Assembly (NCBI GenBank): GCA_012690745.1
Contig: GCA_012690745.1_4086.1
Source of the DNA: a phage
Strand: one strand, 5' to 3'
DNA length: 64,000 bases
Both the position numbers and the translations under genes were made by a program. This document shows positions 49,448 to 60,146 of this stretch, in pieces. Under the pieces are notes generated by a model that saw only the letters and a program-made list of their open reading frames with translations, searched no databases and was not told the DNA's origin. Positions within the stretch are counted from its first letter, which is position 1, and each line of letters begins with the position of its first letter.

Positions 49448-52111
49448 TTATTGACATGCCTCTAAACGACGAGCCATTAACTCAGCACGGCGAGTAGTTT
49501 GGCGATACCAAGCTGAATTACGTATTTGAGCAGCAGCTTGTTTATAATTACCTTTAGCTAATTCAGACAACATAGTTTTAAATTTAAGTACCCCACCTTT
49601 ACCCATCTGGAATACCATTTGGCATAGTACTTGTTGAGCCAAATAAGGTGTTTTCATGTTGTATGAAGCATAAATTGATTTAGCATCATATATAGCTTTA
49701 CTACTATCACGAACTAACATATCGTTGGCTTGCTGTTCAGTTATTCCATCTGAAAAGTTTTCACCACTAATAATTAAGTGACCATAACCAATAGTTGGAT
49801 ACCCACGACTATCCAAATAACGCCAGAATTTACCATTACGATAATATCCTTTTGCTTGTTGGTATTGTAATGTACCTTCATATTCTTTTAATTCAGAAAT
49901 AAATTGTGCATCACCTGGAACAACTTTCCAATCGATTGCAGTTTTATCAACATTTCCAATATTATAGGTAGGTTGCTCCACCGGAGTTGTTGAAGCTCCA
50001 CTTCTCTGTGTTCTTCTCCTACGAGGCACATGACGAGAACCACGTTGAGAATATCCAGTACCTATCGTTTTGATTTTTGTTGTAACTACCAATTCATCAC
50101 TATCAACTGAAGGTTGTACAACTGCTTTTGGAGCAGATTGATTAGTTGCTTGACCACCAATTAATGTTTTATTCGCCGCATCAGACCCTGTTCCTGTTTG
50201 TGAAGCATAAAATAATCCTGGGTCAACAGAACCACTGAATCCAAGAACATTTGCTGATGTAACACGAATTTCAAACTGTATGACACCATTTGCTTTTCCA
50301 ACAACTTGACCTTTTTGAACAACATCTTTGTTTAATAAATCAGATTGAATATTATAAAAAATAGATTTATATCCAGACTTATGTTGTATTAAAAGAGCAC
50401 CATTAGTAATTACTACCACACCACCATCTGGTGCAACTACATCACCTTTACATTGTATTTCCCAACCTGAACGGTCTGCCTTTCCTCCACTTTGTGTTGG
50501 AACACCTTTCCCCCAGTAACCATATTGTCGAATAGTACCGCTACATGGCATTAACATATGTAAACCTTCATATGTAATACTATATCCAGTCATCCCAGGA
50601 TCAGATGTCATCAAATCTTGTGATTGAACTTGTTCAGTTTCTGATGTATAGTTAACAAACTGAACAGCTTCAGTGTCTTGTGCTACGGGTAATTCTGGTG
50701 ATACATCATTTGCTGGTTGTGGTTGTACTGGTGATTCACTAGAACCACTTCCACCACCTTGTCTTGGTGGTTCAACATAACTACCATGATTTTCAGCGTT
50801 AACCCATGCAGCGATATCATGAATGTGTTCATTAAGACCAGCAGATGGTGTTCTAAAGTTTGGTGCAGTAAATTCAGCAGTACCGCTATTACCACCACTA
50901 TTAACTGTTAATGTTTGACCACCACCACTAATAATTGCTGATGATGATCCAATTAGGTTTGCAGATGTTGCGGCAGAAATAGAAGCATTTGAACCAGCCG
51001 TAATATCAGTACTGCTACCACTTTGCATACGTAATGATGCAGCCGTAACTAAACGAAGGTCTGCCCCAGAATTAACAACAACTTGTCCACCAACTTTTGC
51101 ATCAAGAGCACCAATTAGATCTAATTTAGTATTTGCACCAACTCGTGCATTGAAATCTTGTCCGGTTTCAATATTATATGAACGTCCAGCAGTAATATTA
51201 ATATCTTGACCAGCACGAATATTAATATTCTTATCACAGTGCATGTCAATATCACCTTCACCAGTGAATTTTATACGTGCAGTGCCATCACGGTTAATTA
51301 AAAGAACATCACCAGTAGCTTCTGATAAAAGAAGTTGTGCACCACTACGTGTTTTTATTACGACACCTTCATTTTTACGAGAACCAACACGTGTATCGTT
51401 TACTGGGTTATTAAATTGTGTATCTTGATATCCATCTGGGTCTTGATCCCACGTTGGTGCTGTTAATTCCTCTTCAGTATATCCATCATCAATAATAAAA
51501 CTATTACCACGTGGCGAAGACATACCATATACAGTACTGGTGGTTTGTCGAGTACTACTACGATTCGCCAACCCAGCTTCTTCGTCATATAAAAGGTTTT
51601 GCTTTTTAAGACCTGCGATGATTGGAACGTTAGCATATTTGTCTTGCATATCGGTAGTGATAGTGTTACGATCATAGTCAGTAACAGGAAGTGGCATATC
51701 AGTTCCACCATAATTACTTACTTCAGTTGCCATACCCGGAACCATAGTATTCATACGCTGGTCATATACACAACCAATCCAATATGCTTGGAATGTACGG
51801 GCTTGTGCAAAAATTACAACAACTGTACACCCTACGTCTGGTGGTACTGCCCAAAAACCGTATCCTTTTGGATATTGACCATATGCATCAGCACTTGGAA
51901 TACCTGGTGTTTTACCAGCAAAAGGAGACATGTAAGATGCTTCTATCCATGATTCTTTTGAGTTTTTATCACTTTGAGAACCTTGTATCCAAACTTTCAG
52001 TTTTCCTGATTTAGTTGGATCTCTGTTATCCATAACAGTTGCTAACTGCGGATAAGATGGGTCAAAACGACCCAACTGCTGTTGTGCATACTTTTTACTT
52101 GTATCTGCCAT
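49448..52111 (-). CDS. baseplate central spike/hub protein, gp5-like, with C-terminal GH24 lysozyme domain and a central M23-like beta-barrel segment
   Basis: 887 aa. N-terminal OB-like region; Gly/Ser/Thr/Asn-rich repetitive middle (aa ~280-410); M23/LytM-like pattern (aa ~510-620, catalytic His residues not evident); C-terminal domain (aa ~725-887) paralogous to the free lysozyme (DSRGYPTIGYGH, QMVFQMGKGG). Confidence 0.7.
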   Translation of the reverse strand: MADTSKKYAQQQLGRFDPSYPQLATVMDNRDPTKSGKLKVWIQGSQSDKNSKESWIEASYMSPFAGKTPGIPSADAYGQYPKGYGFWAVPPDVGCTVVVIFAQARTFQAYWIGCVYDQRMNTMVPGMATEVSNYGGTDMPLPVTDYDRNTITTDMQDKYANVPIIAGLKKQNLLYDEEAGLANRSSTRQTTSTVYGMSSPRGNSFIIDDGYTEEELTAPTWDQDPDGYQDTQFNNPVNDTRVGSRKNEGVVIKTRSGAQLLLSEATGDVLLINRDGTARIKFTGEGDIDMHCDKNINIRAGQDINITAGRSYNIETGQDFNARVGANTKLDLIGALDAKVGGQVVVNSGADLRLVTAASLRMQSGSSTDITAGSNASISAATSANLIGSSSAIISGGGQTLTVNSGGNSGTAEFTAPNFRTPSAGLNEHIHDIAAWVNAENHGSYVEPPRQGGGSGSSESPVQPQPANDVSPELPVAQDTEAVQFVNYTSETEQVQSQDLMTSDPGMTGYSITYEGLHMLMPCSGTIRQYGYWGKGVPTQSGGKADRSGWEIQCKGDVVAPDGGVVVITNGALLIQHKSGYKSIFYNIQSDLLNKDVVQKGQVVGKANGVIQFEIRVTSANVLGFSGSVDPGLFYASQTGTGSDAANKTLIGGQATNQSAPKAVVQPSVDSDELVVTTKIKTIGTGYSQRGSRHVPRRRRTQRSGASTTPVEQPTYNIGNVDKTAIDWKVVPGDAQFISELKEYEGTLQYQQAKGYYRNGKFWRYLDSRGYPTIGYGHLIISGENFSDGITEQQANDMLVRDSSKAIYDAKSIYASYNMKTPYLAQQVLCQMVFQMGKGGVLKFKTMLSELAKGNYKQAAAQIRNSAWYRQTTRRAELMARRLEACQ

Positions 52112-52124
52112 AATATTTTATTCC

Positions 52125-54374
52125 TTAATCAACTATACTATCGTGACGTTTGAGTGCACGAATTACAATTGCAGCTTGAATTTGTTGTGTAAAAGAACCA
52201 CCTGCACCAAAATCATGAACAATTTTATTAACACGATAAATTGTTTGGTTAAATGTGGTTGGTGTATTAATATCCAAAACACCAGTGTTATCATTTATTG
52301 ATATTACTGGTTGTAATTTTAGTAATAGATACGCTTCAGATGTTATATAATTTGCTACATGATAATCATCTGGGTTAATTTCCATATCTTCACCATTAAT
52401 TACTTGTTCTAGATATTGTAAGTAAGAGTAATCACTCCACCCTAACCAGTACGGGTCGCCTACTACACGCATATCGAGTTTACACAAAAAAGGTCTATTG
52501 TAATAGTTGTCACGTATTTTACGTCTATCCATTTCATATGTGCTGCTGTTATCGTTTAACGAAGCGGATAAAGTTGTTTCATTGTTAGTTGCTTCGGTTG
52601 GCATTGTGAACACTTCACCATAACGGTGACCAACACCATCAGTACCGCCATCGTTTTCTTCATAAGTGGTTACATAATCTTCAATATATTGAGGTAAAAC
52701 ATTGACTTGATAGTTATTATAACGGTCTTGTTCTTCTGCGTTACCAACCTGCATTTGATTTTTTGCTAAAGTTTCAACTTCAGTTAACAATTGTTGTTGG
52801 GCTTGTGTTAACATCCCTCCTAAATCACGAGTTACACGTAAATCACTTGTTTTTGCCCATGCGTCTGGTATACTATTGTATTGTACACCTTGAATATTGA
52901 GTTCTTGGGATGTATGTGTACCTGCATGGTTCGCTACATCTTGTATCGGACCAGGGTTACGTGTAGTGGCTACGAAAAATTGCTGATCAAATTTCAAATC
53001 CAAATCAAGTATCTCACTATTAAGCCCACTAAATTGATAATTATAAGTTTTCATGTTTATTTTTGGTTTTTGATCATTAGGATCTACGTATTTTTCTGCG
53101 TTCTCAAAAAAGTACTCAAATGTGAAATTTTCAGGTTGTAAATCCGATTCATGAACAATATCACCTATTTTAAATCTAACAATATAAAAAATTACTTTAT
53201 AAACAGAAGTATTACGATAATTATCAAAACCAACGTATTGTTTAACTGGTATAATGTTTACAAATTGACGCACACTAGTACTATCATCGGCTTGTACAGT
53301 ACATGTATCAATAACGTCATCAATAATTCGAGATATAGGAGTACTTGGGTTCCATGAAAAGTTTTTAGAACCTTGTGCACCACTTTTAGTTGTTCCGGCC
53401 TCTGCCATTTGTTTAGAATCATAGTTTATAAACAAATCTTGCAAATCAGGTGCTACTTTAAATTCGAAAAATTTACCTTCGGATAATTCACCAAATTTAT
53501 ATCTAAGATAACCATATTGTTGGTCAGCCATCTGATTTAATTTATCTTCTAAATCAAAGCAGAAGTCACCAAAGTTTTCAGCAGTACAATTGAATGGTTC
53601 TTTTAAGGTCCATTCAATGTTATCAACTAAAGCTGCTCTATTATGAACTAAGTTCATAGTATACATCATAGTACTACCACTTTGTGAAGCACTTGCAGTA
53701 ACACTATTAATTTTAACTGACCAGCGTCTTGTTGTTTCTGGGATAATTTCAGGTATTCCATTTTTATTAAAGCCAATAAACTTTAATTCCAAGATCAATG
53801 GCAAGTCCATAAATTTATGATATCTAAGTTTGTTACTTAACGAAATTAATTCATCATATAGACTCATACTATTATTTTCAGACATATTAAGTACTGCTGT
53901 ATTAAAACAATAGTTTGTTGTCATTCCTGGTGTTGAAGGTCCAGCTTGTGTCATTTGTACACTAGTGATATTATATTTGCCAGTAACACCACTTTCTGAT
54001 ATCACATGTCGTTGCACTTCTGCATCTGGGTAAAGCCAAAAGTTTTTAAAATCATCTTTATCTAAGGCAAATAAACAAAAGTGCCAAGTTGGGTTATCAT
54101 ATTTCAATAATTTATTGTCATACGGTATTACAAACTGACTTAAATCGAGATCTTCATAAACTTGATCAACACTAGCACTTTGTTTTGGTAATGATACTAC
54201 ATTACTTACATTTGCTTTGTAATTATTTTTTGTAATAGTTTTTACATCATTTTGTAATGTATTTGCTGTAGCTTTCAAACTATCAAGTGCATTAGATGTG
54301 GTGGTTTTAGCCTTACCAGTAATACTTGTAATATCATTTTGAAAATTATCAACTGTACTTCGTAAATCTGCCAT
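52125..54374 (-). CDS. baseplate hub-associated protein (749 aa; possibly gp27-like)
   Basis: Long ORF immediately upstream of the gp5-like spike gene in the same operon; assignment is positional. Confidence 0.45.
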   Translation of the reverse strand: MADLRSTVDNFQNDITSITGKAKTTTSNALDSLKATANTLQNDVKTITKNNYKANVSNVVSLPKQSASVDQVYEDLDLSQFVIPYDNKLLKYDNPTWHFCLFALDKDDFKNFWLYPDAEVQRHVISESGVTGKYNITSVQMTQAGPSTPGMTTNYCFNTAVLNMSENNSMSLYDELISLSNKLRYHKFMDLPLILELKFIGFNKNGIPEIIPETTRRWSVKINSVTASASQSGSTMMYTMNLVHNRAALVDNIEWTLKEPFNCTAENFGDFCFDLEDKLNQMADQQYGYLRYKFGELSEGKFFEFKVAPDLQDLFINYDSKQMAEAGTTKSGAQGSKNFSWNPSTPISRIIDDVIDTCTVQADDSTSVRQFVNIIPVKQYVGFDNYRNTSVYKVIFYIVRFKIGDIVHESDLQPENFTFEYFFENAEKYVDPNDQKPKINMKTYNYQFSGLNSEILDLDLKFDQQFFVATTRNPGPIQDVANHAGTHTSQELNIQGVQYNSIPDAWAKTSDLRVTRDLGGMLTQAQQQLLTEVETLAKNQMQVGNAEEQDRYNNYQVNVLPQYIEDYVTTYEENDGGTDGVGHRYGEVFTMPTEATNNETTLSASLNDNSSTYEMDRRKIRDNYYNRPFLCKLDMRVVGDPYWLGWSDYSYLQYLEQVINGEDMEINPDDYHVANYITSEAYLLLKLQPVISINDNTGVLDINTPTTFNQTIYRVNKIVHDFGAGGSFTQQIQAAIVIRALKRHDSIVD

Positions 54375-54385
54375 ACGTTACTCCA

Positions 54386-54700
54386 TTAGCCTATGTTTCG
54401 AGTACCATTAAGATAATTCTGTACTCTTTGATTTGCTGGTATTCTAATTGTTACTCCACTTTTAAAATTATATATAGGATCTTCTCCTAGTATGTCTGGA
54501 TTTAACAATGCGAAAATATAATATAAGCGTTCATTACCATACATTTCGTATGCTAAACGCCAAGGTTGATATTCATATTTCAATGGGATCTCATAAAAAT
54601 CATCAGTATCAGCCGGAACAATATCACGTGGTAAAGTATACCCAAGATACCATGTTTGTTTCACCTTAGCGTAAGGTGAGTATTGACTATAGTTGGACAT
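54386..54700 (-). CDS. small baseplate/tail-associated protein (104 aa)
   Basis: Short ORF whose start overlaps the stop of the upstream gene (translational coupling). Confidence 0.45.
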   Translation of the reverse strand: MSNYSQYSPYAKVKQTWYLGYTLPRDIVPADTDDFYEIPLKYEYQPWRLAYEMYGNERLYYIFALLNPDILGEDPIYNFKSGVTIRIPANQRVQNYLNGTRNIG

Positions 54701-55521
54701 TAAATGAATCCTCCTTTACGTAATAGTTCACCACGTTTGAATGCATTGAGGTTGAACGTTTTAGTCATATAATCCGATGTTGGTTGTTCTTCAAGTTGTA
54801 ACATAACTGAGATTTTTTGTGGAACCCAAACTTCATCTTGTGGGTTCATATATCCAGTACTTCTAAGTTGTTCGAAGAATTTTCTACTATCCATGTCGGA
54901 TAAATTAAAAGTACTATCGCTACTATTCAACGGAACTTGAATATAAGAAACATCATTTGGGTAAGTAAAATTATAAGATTTTAAAATAACAGGAATATCA
55001 TTATATGTATAACGACCATATCCACTTAGAAGTAAGATTGGTGGTGGTGCACCTGCAATTGCGAGTTCGGGGTTATTAGCCGAAGCAGCTTGTCTACCAA
55101 AATCCATCAACGAAACAGAACGTATAAAATGAACACATGCCAACGCATACATAGCTTCTGCTGCTGTATTCGCATAAAATTCACCCTGAATCGTGAAAAC
55201 TGTATTAGTAGTGTTCTTATAGTTGTTATAGTTACTGTTAGTATGTATAGGGGACTGTGTTTCATACTGAATTGACCTTTGTTCAGTAATTGTTGGTGTT
55301 ACAGTCCAAACCAACCCATTAGTTGGACGCAGAAACGAAAGTAGAGTTGGTTCGGAGCTATCTCCAAAATCACCATATACATAGTTAGCACCTGCGGCTT
55401 TAGGTCGTAATCGAATTCTACGATCAATCATCTTTTTGATTCTCCATAATAAGGGAACATTTGATGTATTTATACGTGGGACAAACTGCTTTTTGGTGCT
55501 ATAATAACATTGATGGTACAA
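54700..55521 (-). CDS. hypothetical baseplate/tail-associated protein (first gene of the minus-strand baseplate operon)
   Basis: ORF track begins at a TTG (55521); an in-frame ATG at 55431 is preceded by GGAGA and may be the real start (about 243 aa). Confidence 0.45.
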   Translation of the reverse strand: MYHQCYYSTKKQFVPRINTSNVPLLWRIKKMIDRRIRLRPKAAGANYVYGDFGDSSEPTLLSFLRPTNGLVWTVTPTITEQRSIQYETQSPIHTNSNYNNYKNTTNTVFTIQGEFYANTAAEAMYALACVHFIRSVSLMDFGRQAASANNPELAIAGAPPPILLLSGYGRYTYNDIPVILKSYNFTYPNDVSYIQVPLNSSDSTFNLSDMDSRKFFEQLRSTGYMNPQDEVWVPQKISVMLQLEEQPTSDYMTKTFNLNAFKRGELLRKGGFI

Positions 55522-55562
55522 GGATTGTACCTATTGGATTTAAACATGGAGAGTAAAATACA

Positions 55563-56402
55563 ATGACAAATAGACCAAAGCGTAAAAAGTATCTCAATAA
55601 TGCTGATTTACTTCGTGAAATACAAAAAAGTAAAATTTCATATTGCTGGTTATTAGACAAATCATATAGTATGTATGATTATATTGTTTTTCATGAGTCA
55701 GGAATTACTGCTGAGTTACTAGAAAAAGCTAAGGCAGCACGAATTAAACGACTGAACAATGAAATGCTTGATAGTATTCGTGAAAAGGAAAATATGAGTG
55801 CTAAAAAAGCTAAAGAATATGCAGATGAACACAATTTAGTTATCACTGACGTTCCAATTGATGAAGTTGTTATTCGTGTTATTACAGATGAACATATTCC
55901 ACCAGATACTAGAGTTAACTTTGAACCATTCAAGCATTATATTGTAGATAATGAAGGTATTCTCTATGAAGTTTGTCGTTCTCACTGGAAAGGCGACCTT
56001 GAAACTGGTGAATTCAGTACTGTTCATGGTAAAATTACAAATGAACTTGGGAAGATGTTCATTAAACTTGCAGAGGAAATCTCACACAAATCTAATTACA
56101 GAAACTATACATACTTAGATGAAATGATGGGTGATGCAAGAATACAATTAGTTAAAAACGCACTTCTCTTTAAAGAGAGCATTCTTTATAAAAAAGATAA
56201 ACCAGCAGTTCAGCTAAATCCTTTCTCTTACTATACATCATTCGTAAACAATAGTTTTCGTTCTATATTGAATAGTGAGAAAAATGTTCGAAATATACGT
56301 GATGATTTACTTGAAATGCATGGCTTTACGCCATCACATACACGTCAAATTGAAATTGAATTGAACATGATTGAAAGGAAAAATGAAGATGGCTCTGTTT
56401 GA
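55563..56402 (+). CDS. late-transcription sigma factor, T4 gp55-like (with internal insertion)
   Basis: 279 aa; N-terminal KKYLNNADLLREIQKSK and C-terminal NPFSYYTSFVNNSFRSILNSEKN resemble gp55 segments as recalled from memory; sits directly upstream of gp47/gp46 as in T4. RBS GGAGAG. Confidence 0.5.
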   Translation: MTNRPKRKKYLNNADLLREIQKSKISYCWLLDKSYSMYDYIVFHESGITAELLEKAKAARIKRLNNEMLDSIREKENMSAKKAKEYADEHNLVITDVPIDEVVIRVITDEHIPPDTRVNFEPFKHYIVDNEGILYEVCRSHWKGDLETGEFSTVHGKITNELGKMFIKLAEEISHKSNYRNYTYLDEMMGDARIQLVKNALLFKESILYKKDKPAVQLNPFSYYTSFVNNSFRSILNSEKNVRNIRDDLLEMHGFTPSHTRQIEIELNMIERKNEDGSV

Positions 56403-57420
56403 TAAAGCAATTACATTCACTGATATTCATTTAGGTTTAAAGAATAACAGCAAGCAACACAATGAAGATTGTTTAAACTTCATTAAATTCATGATTGAGG
56501 TAGCTAAAAAAAATAATATCAAAGTTTGTGTTTTTATGGGAGATTATTTTCATAATAGAAGTAATATCAATATCCAAACACTAAACTATGGTTTACAAAT
56601 TCTTCAATTATTAAATGATAATTTTGAAAAAGTATATTTTTTAGTAGGCAACCATGATATGTATCATAAAAACAAACGTGATATAACAAGTATCAATATG
56701 GCTCAAGTTTATGAAAATATAGAATTCATTAATGAAATTACAACATTTGATGATTGTACTTTCATTCCATTTATGATTGAAGATGAATATAAGTTGTTAC
56801 CTCAACTAAAAAGTAAGTATGTTTTTGGTCACTTAGAGTTACCAGGTTACTTGCTTAACAAGATGGTAGAAATGCCTGATCATGGTAAAGAAACAGAAGG
56901 TTCTTTTGGTGGTTGTGAGTATGTTTTTAGTGGACATTTTCATAAAAGGCAGTCAAAAACAACTTCAAAAGGAACTCGTGTAGTTTATACTGGTAATTGT
57001 TTTCCACATAATTTTTCCGATACATGGGATGATGCAAGAGGTGTGATGATTCTTGAACATGGAAAAGAACCTATTTTCAAGTCATGGGATAATGCACCAA
57101 AATATAGAACATTCACACTTTCTGAATTGTTGACTGATCCAAGCTATTATCTACAAGATAACACAATATCAAAAGTTCAAGTTGATATATCAATAACAAC
57201 AGATGAGATTAGTTTTATTCGTGATACATTTACTAAACTTTACAACATTAGAGAGTTTAATGTTGTAACGAGCAAGCAAAGTATCGCAGAATTAATTGAA
57301 GATGGTGTTAGTTTTGAAAGTACTGAATCAGTTGATGAGATTGTGTTGCAGCAAATTATGGAAATTGACTCACCCATGTTTGATAAAAATCTTCTAATCC
57401 AAATTTACAGATCGTTATAA
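56389..57420 (+). CDS. recombination/repair nuclease subunit, T4 gp47-like (Mre11/SbcD phosphoesterase)
   Basis: Calcineurin-like motifs TDIHLG, GDYFH, GNHDMYH, GHLELPGY, SGHFH. ORF track starts at 56371, but ATG 56389 follows AAAGGAAAAATG. Confidence 0.85.
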   Translation: MALFDKAITFTDIHLGLKNNSKQHNEDCLNFIKFMIEVAKKNNIKVCVFMGDYFHNRSNINIQTLNYGLQILQLLNDNFEKVYFLVGNHDMYHKNKRDITSINMAQVYENIEFINEITTFDDCTFIPFMIEDEYKLLPQLKSKYVFGHLELPGYLLNKMVEMPDHGKETEGSFGGCEYVFSGHFHKRQSKTTSKGTRVVYTGNCFPHNFSDTWDDARGVMILEHGKEPIFKSWDNAPKYRTFTLSELLTDPSYYLQDNTISKVQVDISITTDEISFIRDTFTKLYNIREFNVVTSKQSIAELIEDGVSFESTESVDEIVLQQIMEIDSPMFDKNLLIQIYRSL

Positions 57421-57428
57421 GGGACTAT

Positions 57429-59576
57429 ATGCTAAACATTACACGTATATCTATGAGGAACTTCTTTTCATTTGGTAATGCACCACAATCAATTGAATTG
57501 AATGGTTCTGACATTTCATTAGTACTGGGTCAAAATAATGATGCAGTTATTGAAGGTGGTGACAGCACCGGACGTCGAAATGGTGTCGGGAAAAGTGCTA
57601 TTATTCAAGGATTAGTTTTTGGATTATTTGGGAAAAGTATTGGTAATGATATTAAAATTCCTAACTTAGTCAATAAAACTAATGGTAAAAATTGTGAAGT
57701 AGTTGTAGAATTTGAAAAAGATGGTGTACAATATCTTGTTGAGCGTGGGAGAAGTCCCACGTATTTCAATTTTGTTACTTTAGGCAAAGATAATAAAATT
57801 GAAGATGAATCAAGGGGAGAAAAGAAAGACACACAAGAAGATTTGAATGAAATTCTTGGTATATCTCAATTATTATTTGAACATATTGTAGTACTGAATG
57901 CTAACGTTGAACCTTTCTTAGCTTTATCCACACAAAAACAACGTGATATGATAGAAGAACTTCTTGGAATAACACAGTTGACGGAAAAAGCTGAAATGCT
58001 AAAGGAGATGTATAAGGATACTAAACGTTTAGCCGAACAAGAAAAGTTCAAAAATGAAACTGTAGCTGCAAGTAATGAACGTATTCAAAAAAGTATTGAG
58101 ACACTACAAGAACAGGCAAACCAGTTTGAAATTGATAAAAATAATAGAGTATCTAAGTTAAATGAAGAGTTGAATATATATAAAACTTTAGACTTTAATG
58201 ACCTCTATGAAGCTGCTGATATAAAAGAGAAAGCTCTTATTCATAACGCAAAGCGTGGGGAAATCGAACGCCGTGTACAAGAGTTGGCGTTAAAATTTGA
58301 TGCATATGACCGTGAACTTGAAAGATCTAAAAGAGCATTAAATCTAAGCATTGATAAGCTAAAAACTATTGATATTAGTGCAGAATTGGAAAATCATAAT
58401 GAGTTGGAGATATGGAAACAGTTAGAGGGTATTCTAAAAGAGAATAATAACCAAAAACGTTTCAAAGAACAAAAACTAAACTCACTAAAAATAGCTTTAA
58501 AAGGATATGAATGTTCAATTAATGCTGAAATTGACAAATTATCAACAGTTGAAAACAGCAAATGTCCACTTTGTATGTCTGAATTAGAACATAACGAACA
58601 TACTTCTTCAATTAAAGACAAAATCCAAAGTACTATTAATGATCTTCAAGCTAAAATTGATAGTTCTTCTTCTGAAATTGAAACATTACTTCAAGAAATT
58701 GATAGTATTGAGATTTTTGATATGCCACCTAAGCCTGTGACATATTATAATACACTTTCAGAAGCACAAATGCATGAACATAAGCTTCAAGAATTGGTCA
58801 GAAAGAGTGAAGAAGAACAAATAAACATCTATGCAAATGAACTTATGTCATCATATGATGAACTTAACTCATATGAACTAATGGAAGTTCCAGATACATT
58901 AAACAAATATGAAGTTAAAGAGTTAGAAATGACTGTAAATTCATTATCACAGCAATTAGATCGTGAATTGAAGACTACTAACACATTTATTAGCCAAATT
59001 AATACCCTGAAGACTGATTCTTTAGTACCAATTGATTATAGCGACTATAATAATCTTGATAAAATGTCAAATCACCAAGATTTCTTGGTTAAATTACTTT
59101 TAAACAAGGATTCTTATGTCCGTAAACGTATTATTGAGCAAAATATATCATATTTGAATACACGACTTCAGTACTATATCGATATGTGCGGTTCTGAGCA
59201 TAATGTTGTGTTTTTGAATGATTTGAGTGTTGAAATTGAGAAGAGTGGACAGTACTTTGACTATAAACAGCTTAGTAGAGGTGAGCGTACAAGGGTAAAC
59301 ATCGCATTATCTTGTGCTTTCCGTGATACATATGAGTCATTATACCAAAGTATTAATATTCTTATCATTGATGAGATGATTGACCAAGGTCTTGACTCAA
59401 GTGGTGTTCTACGTGTGTGGTCTATCTTCCAAGATATGGCTGCTGTACGTGGTAAGAACGTTTATGCTATTTCCCACAGAGAAGAGTTACTATCTAAGAC
59501 TGAAAAAATCCTCAAAGTTGTTAAAGAGGACGGTTTCAGTACTGTTGAATATGCAACCCTTGATGATGTTTTCTAA
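57429..59576 (+). CDS. recombination/repair ATPase subunit, T4 gp46-like (Rad50/SbcC)
   Basis: 715 aa. Walker A RRNGVGKSA, long coiled-coil with CPLC zinc hook, signature LSRGERTRV, Walker B ILIIDE, C-terminal SH motif. Confidence 0.9.
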   Translation: MLNITRISMRNFFSFGNAPQSIELNGSDISLVLGQNNDAVIEGGDSTGRRNGVGKSAIIQGLVFGLFGKSIGNDIKIPNLVNKTNGKNCEVVVEFEKDGVQYLVERGRSPTYFNFVTLGKDNKIEDESRGEKKDTQEDLNEILGISQLLFEHIVVLNANVEPFLALSTQKQRDMIEELLGITQLTEKAEMLKEMYKDTKRLAEQEKFKNETVAASNERIQKSIETLQEQANQFEIDKNNRVSKLNEELNIYKTLDFNDLYEAADIKEKALIHNAKRGEIERRVQELALKFDAYDRELERSKRALNLSIDKLKTIDISAELENHNELEIWKQLEGILKENNNQKRFKEQKLNSLKIALKGYECSINAEIDKLSTVENSKCPLCMSELEHNEHTSSIKDKIQSTINDLQAKIDSSSSEIETLLQEIDSIEIFDMPPKPVTYYNTLSEAQMHEHKLQELVRKSEEEQINIYANELMSSYDELNSYELMEVPDTLNKYEVKELEMTVNSLSQQLDRELKTTNTFISQINTLKTDSLVPIDYSDYNNLDKMSNHQDFLVKLLLNKDSYVRKRIIEQNISYLNTRLQYYIDMCGSEHNVVFLNDLSVEIEKSGQYFDYKQLSRGERTRVNIALSCAFRDTYESLYQSINILIIDEMIDQGLDSSGVLRVWSIFQDMAAVRGKNVYAISHREELLSKTEKILKVVKEDGFSTVEYATLDDVF

Positions 59577-59584
59577 TTAAAGTT

Positions 59585-59611
59585 AAAGGGAGCCTTAGCT
59601 CCCTTTTTTTA
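59585..59611. terminator. bidirectional intrinsic terminator
   Basis: GGGAGC-ctta-GCTCCC followed by TTTTTTT. Confidence 0.75.
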
Positions 59612-60086
59612 TATCTACCATATTTAATTTACCGTCCTTAATTAGCTTTCTAGCTTGTTTAGTTCTTTCCTTGACGTTACCTCCAGGAACTACTCCTAAA
59701 TCGCTTAGAATGGCGTTCTGCTGCGTTGCTGGAAGCCTTTTAAACTTAGCTACGTCAACGGTTAATGCCGTGTGGTGAATGACCTGCTCATCTTCTGGTA
59801 TATGATTGTTCCTTTCAAGATAATCTGCCAGATTACGCAATACTTCATGTAATGGCTTATCAGTTAAATGACTTAGGCATCGTTTATATGAGTTTGCTAC
59901 TCTCCCTTCCCATCCATTCACTTCGTTTTGAAGAACCTGCCTACAATGTTGATTTCCACCATGATAATGGTCCAGTACTGGTTTTGTTATTTCTATACCA
60001 ATTATAGGGTCAATCCCATTCTGCTTCTTTAATAGTTCATTTCGATAAGATGCTGCTTCTTTAGGATTTTTTAATCTCTTTTTCAT
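59595..60086 (-). CDS. endonuclease VII-like (His-Me finger) protein; possible Holliday-junction resolvase or homing-type nuclease
   Basis: 163 aa; DHYHGGNQHC...NGWEGRV and YLERNNHIPEDEQ resemble T4 endo VII motifs as recalled; GC-richer codon usage than neighbours. Confidence 0.45.
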   Translation of the reverse strand: MKKRLKNPKEAASYRNELLKKQNGIDPIIGIEITKPVLDHYHGGNQHCRQVLQNEVNGWEGRVANSYKRCLSHLTDKPLHEVLRNLADYLERNNHIPEDEQVIHHTALTVDVAKFKRLPATQQNAILSDLGVVPGGNVKERTKQARKLIKDGKLNMVDIKKGS

Positions 60087-60146
60087 AGCTGTTTGTCCTG
60101 TTTTGTTAAATAAAGTATATTAAAAAGTTTTGTGAGGTACAATAGA

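Noticed and set aside
50254-50584. Active M23 peptidase domain in the gp5-like spike
   Set aside because: The spacing resembles an M23 beta-barrel, but I could not locate the HxxxD and HxH ligands, so I describe it only as M23-like and possibly non-catalytic.
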